From assembly GCA_013821905.1 (NCBI GenBank), contig PNJO01000001.1, positions 5,989 to 69,988 of the forward strand: 64,000 nt of DNA, given 5' to 3'. The notes beneath the pieces were generated by a model. The model saw nothing but the letters and a program-made list of their open reading frames with translations, had not been told where the DNA came from and ran no database searches. The DNA is from Sphingopyxis sp. Its GTDB lineage: Bacteria > Pseudomonadota > Alphaproteobacteria > Sphingomonadales > Sphingomonadaceae. The position numbers were made by a program, and so were the translations under genes. Each line of letters opens with the position of its first letter. The stretch's first letter is position 1. Shown piece after piece: positions 32,916 to 42,042 of the stretch.

Positions 32916-34688
32916 TCAGGCTGCGGTCCGTTGGGCGTGCGCGACGAGAACGGTTCGCGCGCGGGCGAATTCGCCCAGCGCCTTGCCGACCTGGTCGAGG
33001 CCGACATTTCCTGAGCCGCTGACGCCGAAATATCCCTTCAGGATGAACAGGGCCGCTCGGACATTGGGCAGCAGATAGCGCTCGACCGCAACCTCCTCGG
33101 GGAGGCCGAGCAGCGATGCGAGCTCCGCGGTTCCCAGCCGGGTCTGGAGGAAATCCCAGCCTTCTTCGGTTCGCGCCCATAGTCCGAGGCTGGCGTTCGC
33201 GCCCTTGTCGCCGCTTCGCGCATATACAAGGTCGCCGAGGGTCGCCGGTTCGCCGGAGGCGTCGACGCCGGGCATCACATCGTCCGGTGTATCGCCGGGA
33301 ACGGCCGCGGCGACGGGAGGCATTGGCGGTTCGAGAATACGGCCGTCGTCGAGCACCACTTGCTGCGCGAGGTCGGCCTGACGGATCAGTCCGGGCCAAT
33401 AATCGGTTCGCGGCGACGGGGCACCGGCAACGTCGCCGTGAAAACCGGGAATGCCTCCGAGGCCGAAGGAAGTGAATCCCGCAATCACCCGTCCGACATC
33501 GCTGCGTTTTGCCGCCGAGGCGGCAATCCTGATTGCGACCGTCGCCTCTGCCTGCGACGACGGATTGTCCGCCGGTCGGCCGAGCGCGTCGAAATGATAG
33601 TCGTCGAGGGCGAGGCCGCCCGCGATCGACTGCATCTGGCGGCGCAGCCAATCGATTTTTGCATCGACATCGGTTCCGGTCGCATAGCCGAACAGCGTTG
33701 TGGCCCACCCGTTCGGATAGAAACAGCCGACCTTGGTCAACGGCGAAGGGGGCGATCCCTTGGACCCGCTGATCTGCACCCTGTCAGCCGCGACCTGCTC
33801 GAGCCGCACCGTTTCGAGGTGCAGCGTGACATCGGGGTTGAGATAGGTGGTGCCCTGGATTTCGTAGACGAGCTGCGCGGTGACGGTATCGACCGTCACG
33901 GAGCCGCCTTCGTCGACGCGTTTGGTGATCACGCTGCTGCCGTCGGCCGCAATTTCAGCGATCGGAAAGCCGAGCCGGGTCGCCGCATCGATTTCGGTGA
34001 AACCGGCGAAGTTGCCGCCCTGTGCCTGCGGACCGCATTCGATCACATGCCCCGCCGCGAGCGCGCCCGCGAGCGCGTCCCAATCGTCGATCTGCCAGTC
34101 ATGCCACCACGCGGCAGGTCCCATCACCAGCGAGGCATCGGTAACCCGCCCGCAAATAACGATGTCGGCCCCGGCGCCCAGCGCCGCGGCTATCCCCCAG
34201 CACCCCAGATAGGCGTTCGCCGCGACGAGGCGATCCGCGAGATCGCCAAGCGGGGCGTCGGTGTCGAGGTTGCGAAGCTGACCTTCGCCGGCCAGTTGTT
34301 TGACGCGGTCGAAGACATCGTCGCCCACGACATGCGCGACCGACAGCGCGATGCCGCGCTCGCGGCATTCGCGGCGGATGGAATCGGCCAGCCCCGCGGG
34401 ATTGAACGCGCCGGCATTGACGACGACCTTTATTCCGCGGGCGGCGATCTCGGGGAGCAGGGGCGACAATTGCCGGGCAAAGATCGGCACATAATATTGG
34501 CGGAGGCCGCTGTTGGCGCCCGGTTCCGCACCGGCAAAGCCCGCGGCGATGCGCGCCATCGTCATTTCGGCGAGATAATCGCCGACGACGACATCGACCG
34601 GGTCGCCGTTCACGGCATCGGCAAGCGCGCCGGTATAGTCGCCAAGCGCCCCCGAAAAGTTGGCGATGCGAATGGGGCGGTCAACCAT
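32916..34688 (-). CDS. acyclic terpene utilisation AtuA-family protein (DUF1446)
   Basis: MVDRPIRIANFSGALGDYTGALADAVNGDPVDVVVGDYLAEMTMA is the AtuA-family N-terminus. AAGGAA RBS before ATG 34688. About 590 aa, as for AtuA. Confidence 0.8.
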   Translation of the reverse strand: MVDRPIRIANFSGALGDYTGALADAVNGDPVDVVVGDYLAEMTMARIAAGFAGAEPGANSGLRQYYVPIFARQLSPLLPEIAARGIKVVVNAGAFNPAGLADSIRRECRERGIALSVAHVVGDDVFDRVKQLAGEGQLRNLDTDAPLGDLADRLVAANAYLGCWGIAAALGAGADIVICGRVTDASLVMGPAAWWHDWQIDDWDALAGALAAGHVIECGPQAQGGNFAGFTEIDAATRLGFPIAEIAADGSSVITKRVDEGGSVTVDTVTAQLVYEIQGTTYLNPDVTLHLETVRLEQVAADRVQISGSKGSPPSPLTKVGCFYPNGWATTLFGYATGTDVDAKIDWLRRQMQSIAGGLALDDYHFDALGRPADNPSSQAEATVAIRIAASAAKRSDVGRVIAGFTSFGLGGIPGFHGDVAGAPSPRTDYWPGLIRQADLAQQVVLDDGRILEPPMPPVAAAVPGDTPDDVMPGVDASGEPATLGDLVYARSGDKGANASLGLWARTEEGWDFLQTRLGTAELASLLGLPEEVAVERYLLPNVRAALFILKGYFGVSGSGNVGLDQVGKALGEFARARTVLVAHAQRTAA

Positions 34689-34723
34689 GATTATTTCCTT
34701 GCGCTGGGTCGGGTTAGTGCGGG

Positions 34724-35506
34724 TCACAATGTCTGCCCGTCGTCGATCATCAGCTCGCTGCCGGTCACCCGCGCCGAGTGATCGGAGGTGAAGAAAAGCA
34801 GCGGCACGTCCATGTCGGTGAGTTCGCCCAGACGCCGGCGCGGAAAGGATTTGAGGAGATATTCGCCCGACGCGGTGTCGAAGAGATCGCCGGTCAGCTC
34901 GGTCTTGAAATAGCCCGGTATGATCGTGTTCACATTGATGCCCTTGCGCGCCCAGTCGCGCGCCATGATCCGGCTCATGTGGAGCACGGCAGCCTTGCTC
35001 GCGCCATAGGCCGCGGTTTGCGCATAGGCCTTGCGCGCCGTCACCGAGCTGACGATCACCACACGCCCGCGGCCGGTTTCGGCGCTGCCGGCCGCAATCA
35101 GGCGCCGGGCTCCTTCGCGAACGGTCAGGAAAACGCCGCGCAAATTGGTGGCAAGCACCGCATCGAAACTATCGACGTCGATGTCGAACGTGGACAATTC
35201 GGTGCCGATGCCGGCGTTGGCGATGATCGTATCGACCGTGCCGAAGACCCGCTCGGCCTCGTCATAGGCGGCGCGTGTCTGATCTTCGTCGGCGACATCC
35301 AGCGCTACGGCATGCGCCTTGCCGCCGTGCGCGGCGATTTCCTCGACTGTCGCCGCAAGGCGGTCGACACGCCGCGCAGCCATCACGACGCGCGCTCCGG
35401 CCGCCGCCAGCAGCCGCGACCAATGCGCACCGAACCCCGAAGATGCGCCGGTGACAAGCGCAACGCGTCCTGAAAGGTCGAAAGATGGCGTCGAGGCTAT
35501 GGTCAT
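34724..35506 (-). CDS. SDR-family oxidoreductase
   Basis: The start MTIASTPSFDLSGRVALVTGASSGFG carries the TGxxxGxG motif. NAGIG is present, and the catalytic YxxxK appears as YGASKAA. Confidence 0.9.
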   Translation of the reverse strand: MTIASTPSFDLSGRVALVTGASSGFGAHWSRLLAAAGARVVMAARRVDRLAATVEEIAAHGGKAHAVALDVADEDQTRAAYDEAERVFGTVDTIIANAGIGTELSTFDIDVDSFDAVLATNLRGVFLTVREGARRLIAAGSAETGRGRVVIVSSVTARKAYAQTAAYGASKAAVLHMSRIMARDWARKGINVNTIIPGYFKTELTGDLFDTASGEYLLKSFPRRRLGELTDMDVPLLFFTSDHSARVTGSELMIDDGQTL

Positions 35507-35564
35507 GATCGAATCGAATCCGGCAACCCGCGTCTCGGTTCGACGCCATGTATTGATATAGAAC

Positions 35565-36530
35565 CTAGTTATATATCTCAATCGGAGATTTTCGGCCTTC
35601 GTTTGCGGGGATCGCAGCAAGCTCGGTCAGATCCGACAGGATTTCATGCTGCTTGCGCGCGGTTTCGAGAAACTGGACGGCGACTTGGCGCTGCTCGGTC
35701 CGCGATGCGTAGACGACGAGTTCGATTTTGAGTTCGACACCATCAAATGGCACCTGCGCCCAGCCGTCGGCGATCATCCTTTCCTGCCGTGTGTGCCGCC
35801 AGCGGAGAACGGGGATGCCGCGAATGCTGGCGAAATGCTCCATTGCCGGCCGATGCGCTTCGGGTGCGAGAACGAGCTTCGCGCCTCGCCGGACGAGCCG
35901 CGTCGAGATTTCGGCGCGGACGAGCTGGTCCTGATGCGACGGTGAATAGACAATTTCTGCATTGTCGAGGTCGGCGGGTTCGATCGCTCGCCGGTCGAAG
36001 AGCGGATGACCGGGCGGGACGAGCAGATGCGCCTCGAGCTGCGCGAGCTTCACCGTGGCGAAGTCGGGCTCGAAGTGGTTGGGAAGTGAGGCCATCATCA
36101 CAACATCGAGCTTGCCGGTGCGGATCCCGGCGAAAAGCTCGGGCCGCGATCCGTAAACCACCTCGGTGTGCGCCGCGGGATATTCGGCATGGAAGAGATC
36201 CATCAACTCCATGCGAAAATGGATCAGGAAATCATAGGTGCCGAGCACGAGCTGGCCGGCCGTCTCCTCGTGCAGATTTTTTGCGGCATATCGCGCCGTG
36301 GTTTCGGCATCGACCATCGCCTGTGCGTAGGGGAGAAAGGCGCGGCCCTGACGCGTCAGCTCGACCGATCGCGAGGTGCGCGCGAAAATCCTGAGGCCGA
36401 GCTGCTCCTCGACCCGGCGAACCCGCTTCGACACGACCGACTGCGCAAGGCCGAGCCGCTCGGCCGACCGCGAGAAGGATCGCGTGTCGGCGACGTCGAG
36501 AAGGCAATGGATATGATCGAGTTCGAGCAT
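35565..36530 (-). CDS. LysR-family transcriptional regulator
   Basis: The N-terminal HTH is FSRSAERLGLAQSVVSKRVRRVEEQLGLRIFARTSRSVELT. 321 aa, a typical LTTR length. Confidence 0.9.
   Translation of the reverse strand: MLELDHIHCLLDVADTRSFSRSAERLGLAQSVVSKRVRRVEEQLGLRIFARTSRSVELTRQGRAFLPYAQAMVDAETTARYAAKNLHEETAGQLVLGTYDFLIHFRMELMDLFHAEYPAAHTEVVYGSRPELFAGIRTGKLDVVMMASLPNHFEPDFATVKLAQLEAHLLVPPGHPLFDRRAIEPADLDNAEIVYSPSHQDQLVRAEISTRLVRRGAKLVLAPEAHRPAMEHFASIRGIPVLRWRHTRQERMIADGWAQVPFDGVELKIELVVYASRTEQRQVAVQFLETARKQHEILSDLTELAAIPANEGRKSPIEIYN
35567..35578. promoter_or_regulatory. operator-like site AGTTATATATCT (one mismatch to palindrome AGTTATATAACT)
   Basis: Lies upstream of the SDR/AtuA/CoA-transferase operon, immediately after the LysR stop. 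Context: GAACCTAGTTATATATCTCAATCGG. Confidence 0.5.
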
Positions 36531-36651
36531 TTCACCTCGCTTACTAGGTAAGCTATCTCAATCGGGAATAGATGTCTCCTCTTTTTGTGCATGATCGATC
36601 GGAGGGCGGTGGTCAGTCTGGCTCGAGAAGAAAAACGGGAGAGGCTGGCGC

Positions 36652-38361
36652 ATGATCGACGATATCGTCGAAGCGGCGTCCCGCGAGCGCGACACGGGCG
36701 ACCATGACGAATTGACCGTCGTCAATTGGTGGCGCCGGCTTGCGACCGGTCGGGACAAGGAGATCGCCGTACTGGAGGCGGGCGAGGGCGTCAGCTTCGG
36801 CGATCTCGATCGCCGTTCGGCCGACCTTGCTTGGGCGCTTCTCGATGCCGGCTATGGCAAGGGCAGCCGCATCGCGCTGCTGATGGGCAACAGCGCGGAC
36901 TGGATTGCGGCGTGGCTTGCGACGCAGCGCATCGGCGCGCTGGCGGTGTTCGTGAGCAGCTTTTTCGCCGAGCAGGAACTGCGCCACGCCCTCCGTCACG
37001 CCGATGCGCAATTACTGCTCCTCGATCCCGCCTATCTCCACCATGACTATCTGGCGCGGATGGAGACGGCGTTCCCGGACCTTGCGGCGCACGAGGGTTC
37101 GGGGCCGCTCTTGATTGACGAGGCGCCATATCTGCGGGCGGTGTGGACGAGCAAACCCGCCGCGCGCGCGTGGGTCGAGACCGATTTCGCCAGCGCCGCG
37201 CGAACGGGACAGCGCGTCGCCGCGCGCGCGCCGGCGCTCCTGGACCGGATCGCTGCGGAAATTCATCCCGCGGATGCCTCGGCGATCATCTATACGTCGG
37301 GAAGCACCGCGCATCCGAAAGCAGTCGTCCACCGGCAGGGGGTGGTCGCGGACAAGATCCGCTTCCTGGCGGGCAATAATGCGGTCATTCCGGCCGATAC
37401 CGGGGCGGGAGACCGGGTGCTCGTCACCATGCCGCTGTTCTGGGTCGGGGGATTCCTGTCGTGCTTCGGGGCTCTCGAACGCGGTGCTTCGGTGGCCTTT
37501 TCGCCCGCCTTGCCCGCGGCCCGGTTGTGGGACGAGATCGAGACGATCGGCGCAACCCACGTCACCGGCCCCGATGCGACCTTGCGAAGCCTGCAGGACC
37601 ATATCGGACCCGGCTGCCGGCTCGCCGACCGTCTGAAGCCGCAGAACAGCAACCAGATGGCATGGTTCCGCGGCGAGCAGGGCTATGACCCCGACAGCAT
37701 CGGATCGGCTTTCGGCATGACCGAGACGATGGGACCGCACAGCGGGTTCCGGTCGATCGACGACACCTATGGCATGCAGGCCGGGAGCCTCGGCGGTGCA
37801 CTTGGCCGGATGGAGCGGCGGATCGCCGACCCCGTGACGGAAGAGGATGTCGCGCCGGGAACCGAGGGCGAGCTGCGCGTCAGGGGACCCTGGCTGATGG
37901 AGGGATATTACAAGCAGCAGCGCGGCACGGGGCTCGATGACCGGGGCTATTTCCGCACCGGGGATCGCTGCATCATCGACGATGCCGACCGGCTGCATTT
38001 CGTCGGCCGCGACAGCGGCATGATCAAGACGTCGGGCGCCAATGTCGCGCCCGAGGAAGTCGAGAACGCGCTGCGCCAGTGCGACGAGGTCATCGAGGCG
38101 GTGGTCATCGGCATGCCCGATCCGGTGCGCGGGCAGCTCGTGGTGGCCTTTGTGGCGCCGCGGCCGGGCGCGGCGCTTGACGCGGACATGCTGCGCGACT
38201 GGCTGCGACCGCGCGTGTCGAGCTTCAAGATTCCGCGGCGGTTTCTGTTCATGCCGTTCGACGACATGCCGCGCACCGCGAGCAACAAGATCCACCGCGG
38301 CGCGCTCGCGGAGATCGCGGAAGCGCGCGCGCGCACCGACGAGGGCATTCCGACAAATTGA
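36652..38361 (+). CDS. AMP-dependent acyl-CoA synthetase/ligase
   Basis: IIYTSGSTAHPKAVVH is the AMP-binding motif I. GELRVRGPWLMEGYY, FRTGD and SNKIHR are also present. RBS GGGAGAGG. Confidence 0.9.
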   Translation: MIDDIVEAASRERDTGDHDELTVVNWWRRLATGRDKEIAVLEAGEGVSFGDLDRRSADLAWALLDAGYGKGSRIALLMGNSADWIAAWLATQRIGALAVFVSSFFAEQELRHALRHADAQLLLLDPAYLHHDYLARMETAFPDLAAHEGSGPLLIDEAPYLRAVWTSKPAARAWVETDFASAARTGQRVAARAPALLDRIAAEIHPADASAIIYTSGSTAHPKAVVHRQGVVADKIRFLAGNNAVIPADTGAGDRVLVTMPLFWVGGFLSCFGALERGASVAFSPALPAARLWDEIETIGATHVTGPDATLRSLQDHIGPGCRLADRLKPQNSNQMAWFRGEQGYDPDSIGSAFGMTETMGPHSGFRSIDDTYGMQAGSLGGALGRMERRIADPVTEEDVAPGTEGELRVRGPWLMEGYYKQQRGTGLDDRGYFRTGDRCIIDDADRLHFVGRDSGMIKTSGANVAPEEVENALRQCDEVIEAVVIGMPDPVRGQLVVAFVAPRPGAALDADMLRDWLRPRVSSFKIPRRFLFMPFDDMPRTASNKIHRGALAEIAEARARTDEGIPTN

Positions 38362-38389
38362 TTGACCAAAACAAATGGGGAGAGATGCA

Positions 38390-40729
38390 ATGCAGACAGT
38401 TCGGCACCTTCTGATCGGCGCGGCGGTCTGGCCGCTCGCGCTGGCGATTTGCGGTCCGGCGGCGGCACAGGATGCCCCCGCGCCGCCGGTCGACGAAACC
38501 GGGCGCGGCAACTCGGTACTGAACGAGGATATCGTGGTCACTGCGCAGCGCCGCGACCAGAATGTCCAGGATGTGCCGATCTCGATCACGGCGATCGGCG
38601 GCAACCAGCTCGCGGCCATGAACATCCAGGACGCGCAGCGGATCGTCGACATGGTCCCGAACTTCAAGGCAGCCGGGCTCGGCGGCGCCGGCGGCCCGCC
38701 CTTCTTCAACATTCGCGGCATCAGCTTCGTCGATTTTTCCAACATCAACGAGGCGTCGGTCGCGCTCTATATCGACGATGTCTATCAGGTCGCGCAGGGC
38801 ACCGGGACGTCGCAGGTCTTCGATCTCGAACGCGTCGAGGTGCTGCGCGGGCCGCAGGGAACCTTGTTCGGACGCAACTCGACCGCCGGCGTCGTCCATT
38901 ATATCTCGAAGAAGCCGGGCGACACGTTCGAGGGCGATATCAGCGCGCAATATGGCCGCTTCAACCAGGTCATTCTCCAGATGGCGGCGGGTGGACCCGT
39001 TGCCGAAGGGCTGCGCGCGCGTTTCGCGCTCAAATATAACCGCGACGATGGCACCCAGCTCGACCCCGTGTCGGGTCAGCGCTTCGCGAAGACCGACGCG
39101 CTTGCAGCGCGCGCGATCGTCCAGGCCGACCTGTCGTCGGCGGTCACTTTCGAAGCCAAGCTCAGCTATGCCCGCAACGACGGACAGTCGCCGATCCACC
39201 GGCCCTATTTCGTGCTCGATCCCAATAATCCGAGCGGCTATTGCGGCGGCCGTCCGGTGCCCGGCTCGGCGGCGGACCTCGCCCATGCCGCCTGTATCCT
39301 CGCCAACCGCGGCGTCAGCCGCACCGCGGGTCAGGCGTTCGACAATTTCAAGGCGACGCGGGGGCGGTCGGATGTCGACGAATGGCCATTCCGTTACACG
39401 AGCTGGGGCGGCTATGCGAAGCTCACCGCCGATCTCGGCTTTGCCGAACTGATTTCGATCACGGGCTATGAAAATTACCGTCAGGCCTTCAGCTATGACG
39501 GCGACGGGTTCGACAACCGGCCCTATGGCGGTTCGGGCTCGCGCGATCTCGGCATCTATTTCCAGTCCAGATCGGACACGATCTCGCAGGAGATCAGGCT
39601 TTCGGGACGCACCGACGGCGGCATACAGTGGCAGCTCGGCGGATATTATTACGACGCCGAGCAGCGCGCGGATTCGACGATCGCCGTCGACAATGTGAAG
39701 ACCGACCTCATCGGCTATACCACGCATACGCGAAGCTACGCGGGGTTCGGCCAGGTCGACGTGCCGATCGGCGACAAGGTGACGCTGACGGGTGGGCTTC
39801 GCTACACCGACGACCGGCGCATTCTCGATCCGCTCGATTGCAGCCGCAGCATCACGAGCACGACCTGCGCGCCGACGCCGATCCCGCGGATCGACGATGG
39901 CGAGCTGACCTATCGCCTTGCCGCCGAGTTCCGTCCGGCGGACGATCTGCTCGTCTACGCGGCCTTTTCGCACGGCTTCAAGAGCGGCGGCTTCAACACC
40001 AATCGCAATCCGCTCCTGCGCGGGCCGGTCGGTTCCGAGGAAATCGACAATTATGAAGTGGGCTTCAAGAGCAAATTCTTCGACAATCGCGTCACGCTGA
40101 ACGCGGCCGCCTTCTACTATAAATATACCGGCATCCAGGCCTTGATCGGGACGACCGATCCGCTGACCGGCGCATCGAATGTGCTCTACATCAACGCGGG
40201 CGATCCGCGCACCTATGGCGCGGAGGCCGAGCTGACGGCGAGCCTGACCGACGATCTGGAACTGCGCCTCGGCGTCGGTTACCTCGATACGAAGGTTATC
40301 GCGGACCCGAGCTTTACCGCCGATGGCCGCGTGCTGAATGGCAATCGCCTGCCGCAGGCGCCCGAGTTCAGCGGCAATATGATCCTGCGCTACAATATTC
40401 CGCTCGGTGACAGCGGCACGCTGACCTTGCAGGCCGACGGGCGCTATCAGACCTCGGTCTATTCGGGGATCGACAACGACCCGGCCGAACGCGTTCCGGC
40501 CTATGGCATCGCCAACGCGCGCATCGGCTGGAAGTCGGCGGACCGGAGCTATTCGATCGAAGCCTTTGTCGACAACGTCTTCGACAAGCAGGTTATCCAG
40601 CAGATGTTCCACAATACGCTGGGGTCGTTCCCGACGACGGTCACCGCGAACGCACCGCTGTTCGATTCGGGGTTCGGCGTCTGGGGCCGGCCGCGAACCT
40701 GGGGAATCCGGGCAGGTTATAGCTTTTGA
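38390..40729 (+). CDS. TonB-dependent receptor
   Basis: Signal peptide MQTVRHLLIGAAVWPLALAICGPAAAQD. Plug motifs IVVTAQRRDQNVQDVPISITAI and VEVLRGPQGTLFGRNSTAG. C-terminal ...RAGYSF. ATG 38390 follows GGGGAGAG; an alternative ATG is at 38375. Confidence 0.9.
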   Translation: MQTVRHLLIGAAVWPLALAICGPAAAQDAPAPPVDETGRGNSVLNEDIVVTAQRRDQNVQDVPISITAIGGNQLAAMNIQDAQRIVDMVPNFKAAGLGGAGGPPFFNIRGISFVDFSNINEASVALYIDDVYQVAQGTGTSQVFDLERVEVLRGPQGTLFGRNSTAGVVHYISKKPGDTFEGDISAQYGRFNQVILQMAAGGPVAEGLRARFALKYNRDDGTQLDPVSGQRFAKTDALAARAIVQADLSSAVTFEAKLSYARNDGQSPIHRPYFVLDPNNPSGYCGGRPVPGSAADLAHAACILANRGVSRTAGQAFDNFKATRGRSDVDEWPFRYTSWGGYAKLTADLGFAELISITGYENYRQAFSYDGDGFDNRPYGGSGSRDLGIYFQSRSDTISQEIRLSGRTDGGIQWQLGGYYYDAEQRADSTIAVDNVKTDLIGYTTHTRSYAGFGQVDVPIGDKVTLTGGLRYTDDRRILDPLDCSRSITSTTCAPTPIPRIDDGELTYRLAAEFRPADDLLVYAAFSHGFKSGGFNTNRNPLLRGPVGSEEIDNYEVGFKSKFFDNRVTLNAAAFYYKYTGIQALIGTTDPLTGASNVLYINAGDPRTYGAEAELTASLTDDLELRLGVGYLDTKVIADPSFTADGRVLNGNRLPQAPEFSGNMILRYNIPLGDSGTLTLQADGRYQTSVYSGIDNDPAERVPAYGIANARIGWKSADRSYSIEAFVDNVFDKQVIQQMFHNTLGSFPTTVTANAPLFDSGFGVWGRPRTWGIRAGYSF

Positions 40730-40746
40730 CGAACCCGAGCGTCGAT

Positions 40747-42042
40747 ATGTCCGCTGCGCAAGGGCAGGCCAGCCCTTCCGCGGCGGCGCGGCGCTATGCG
40801 CTGCTGCTGCTGTTCCTCGCCTATGTCGTCAACTATATCGACCGCCAGATCGTCACGATCCTCCAGGAGCCGATCAAGGCCGACCTGGGGCTCAGCGACA
40901 CCCAGCTCGGGCTGATGACGGGCCTCAGTTTCGCGCTCTTCTACGCGACGCTCGGAATCCCGATCGCGCGGATCGCCGACCGGCATTCGCGGACGCGGCT
41001 GATCGCAGGGGCGATCACCTTGTGGAGCGCGATGACTGCTGCATGCGCCGCCGCGGGCAATTTCTGGACGCTGCTGATGCTCCGGATGGGCGTCGGGGTC
41101 GGCGAGGCCGGGCTCAGCCCGCCGGCGCATTCGCTTATTTCCGACTATTATGAGCCCGAACGGCGCGCGACGGCGATCGGCATCTATTCGGTCGGGATCC
41201 AGGTCGGCGTCTTCCTCGGGTTTCTCGCCGGCGGGGTCATCAATCACTTCTTCGGTTGGCGGATGGCGTTCCTCGTCGTTGGCTTGCCGGGGCTTCTGCT
41301 GGCGCTCCTGATCCGCTTCACGATGCGCGAGCCTCCGCGCGGGCAATTTGATCCGCCTGCGGATCGGGCCGGCGCGCCCGGCAACGAAGGCCTGTTCGCT
41401 TCACTGGCGGCGCTATGGCGCATCAGGCCGTTTCGATACGCTGCTTTCGCGTCGGGTTTTCATGCCCTCGTCCTTTATGGTCATGGCCATTGGGCGCCCC
41501 CCTATCTCGGGCGCCTCCACGCCATGCCGCTCCACGAGATCGCCTTCTGGCTGGCGATTCTGGCGGTTCTGCCGGGCGCGCTCGGCATCTGGCTCAGCGG
41601 CATCGCCGCGGACTGGCTCGTCCGCCGGTCGCCGAAGGGGCGGCTTTGGGTCGCGTCGGGAAGCCTTGCGCTGCTGATCCCGTTCGAAATTGCCTATGCG
41701 CTTGCGGGCAGCCCCGGGCTGGCGCTCGCGATGTCGGCGATCACCCATTTCCTCGGCGGCGCCTATCTAGCGCCGACGATCGCCTTCGCCCACAGCCAGG
41801 TCACGCCGCGCCAGCGCGCGTCGGCTTCGGCGGTGCTGCTGCTCGGGCTCAACCTGATCGGGCTTGGCATCGGCCCGATGCTGGTCGGGCTGCTCAGCGA
41901 TGCGGCGACCGCACAGGGGTTCGGGACCGCGGGCCTGCGCTACGCGCTGCTCGCGATCATTCCCTCGCAGTTCGTCGCGCTGGCGCTTTTTCTCCGGGCC
42001 AACGCCATCGACGCGCCTCCGCTTCCATCCAGCAAGGAATAA
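40747..42042 (+). CDS. MFS transporter (spinster-like)
   Basis: YALLLLFLAYVVNYIDRQIVTILQEPIKADLGLSDTQLGL and multiple TM segments. ATG 40747 (ORF open from TTG 40726). Confidence 0.85.
   Translation: MSAAQGQASPSAAARRYALLLLFLAYVVNYIDRQIVTILQEPIKADLGLSDTQLGLMTGLSFALFYATLGIPIARIADRHSRTRLIAGAITLWSAMTAACAAAGNFWTLLMLRMGVGVGEAGLSPPAHSLISDYYEPERRATAIGIYSVGIQVGVFLGFLAGGVINHFFGWRMAFLVVGLPGLLLALLIRFTMREPPRGQFDPPADRAGAPGNEGLFASLAALWRIRPFRYAAFASGFHALVLYGHGHWAPPYLGRLHAMPLHEIAFWLAILAVLPGALGIWLSGIAADWLVRRSPKGRLWVASGSLALLIPFEIAYALAGSPGLALAMSAITHFLGGAYLAPTIAFAHSQVTPRQRASASAVLLLGLNLIGLGIGPMLVGLLSDAATAQGFGTAGLRYALLAIIPSQFVALALFLRANAIDAPPLPSSKE

Noticed and set aside
32914-33708. 265-codon N-terminal extension of the CoA-transferase ORF (31426..33708)
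   Set aside because: The extension is extremely Arg-rich, lies in another frame over the AtuA-family gene, and the CoA-transferase homology starts at MDLRS (32913).
37012-40612. 578-aa and 787-aa - strand ORFs opposite the acyl-CoA synthetase and TonB receptor genes
   Set aside because: These are shadow ORFs; the + strand frames carry unmistakable AMP-binding and TonB-receptor motifs.
41415-42041. Upstream part of ORF 41415..43331, and ORF 41864..43360
   Set aside because: They are out-of-frame overlaps of the first MFS gene. The second MFS gene starts at ATG 42042 (TAATG junction).
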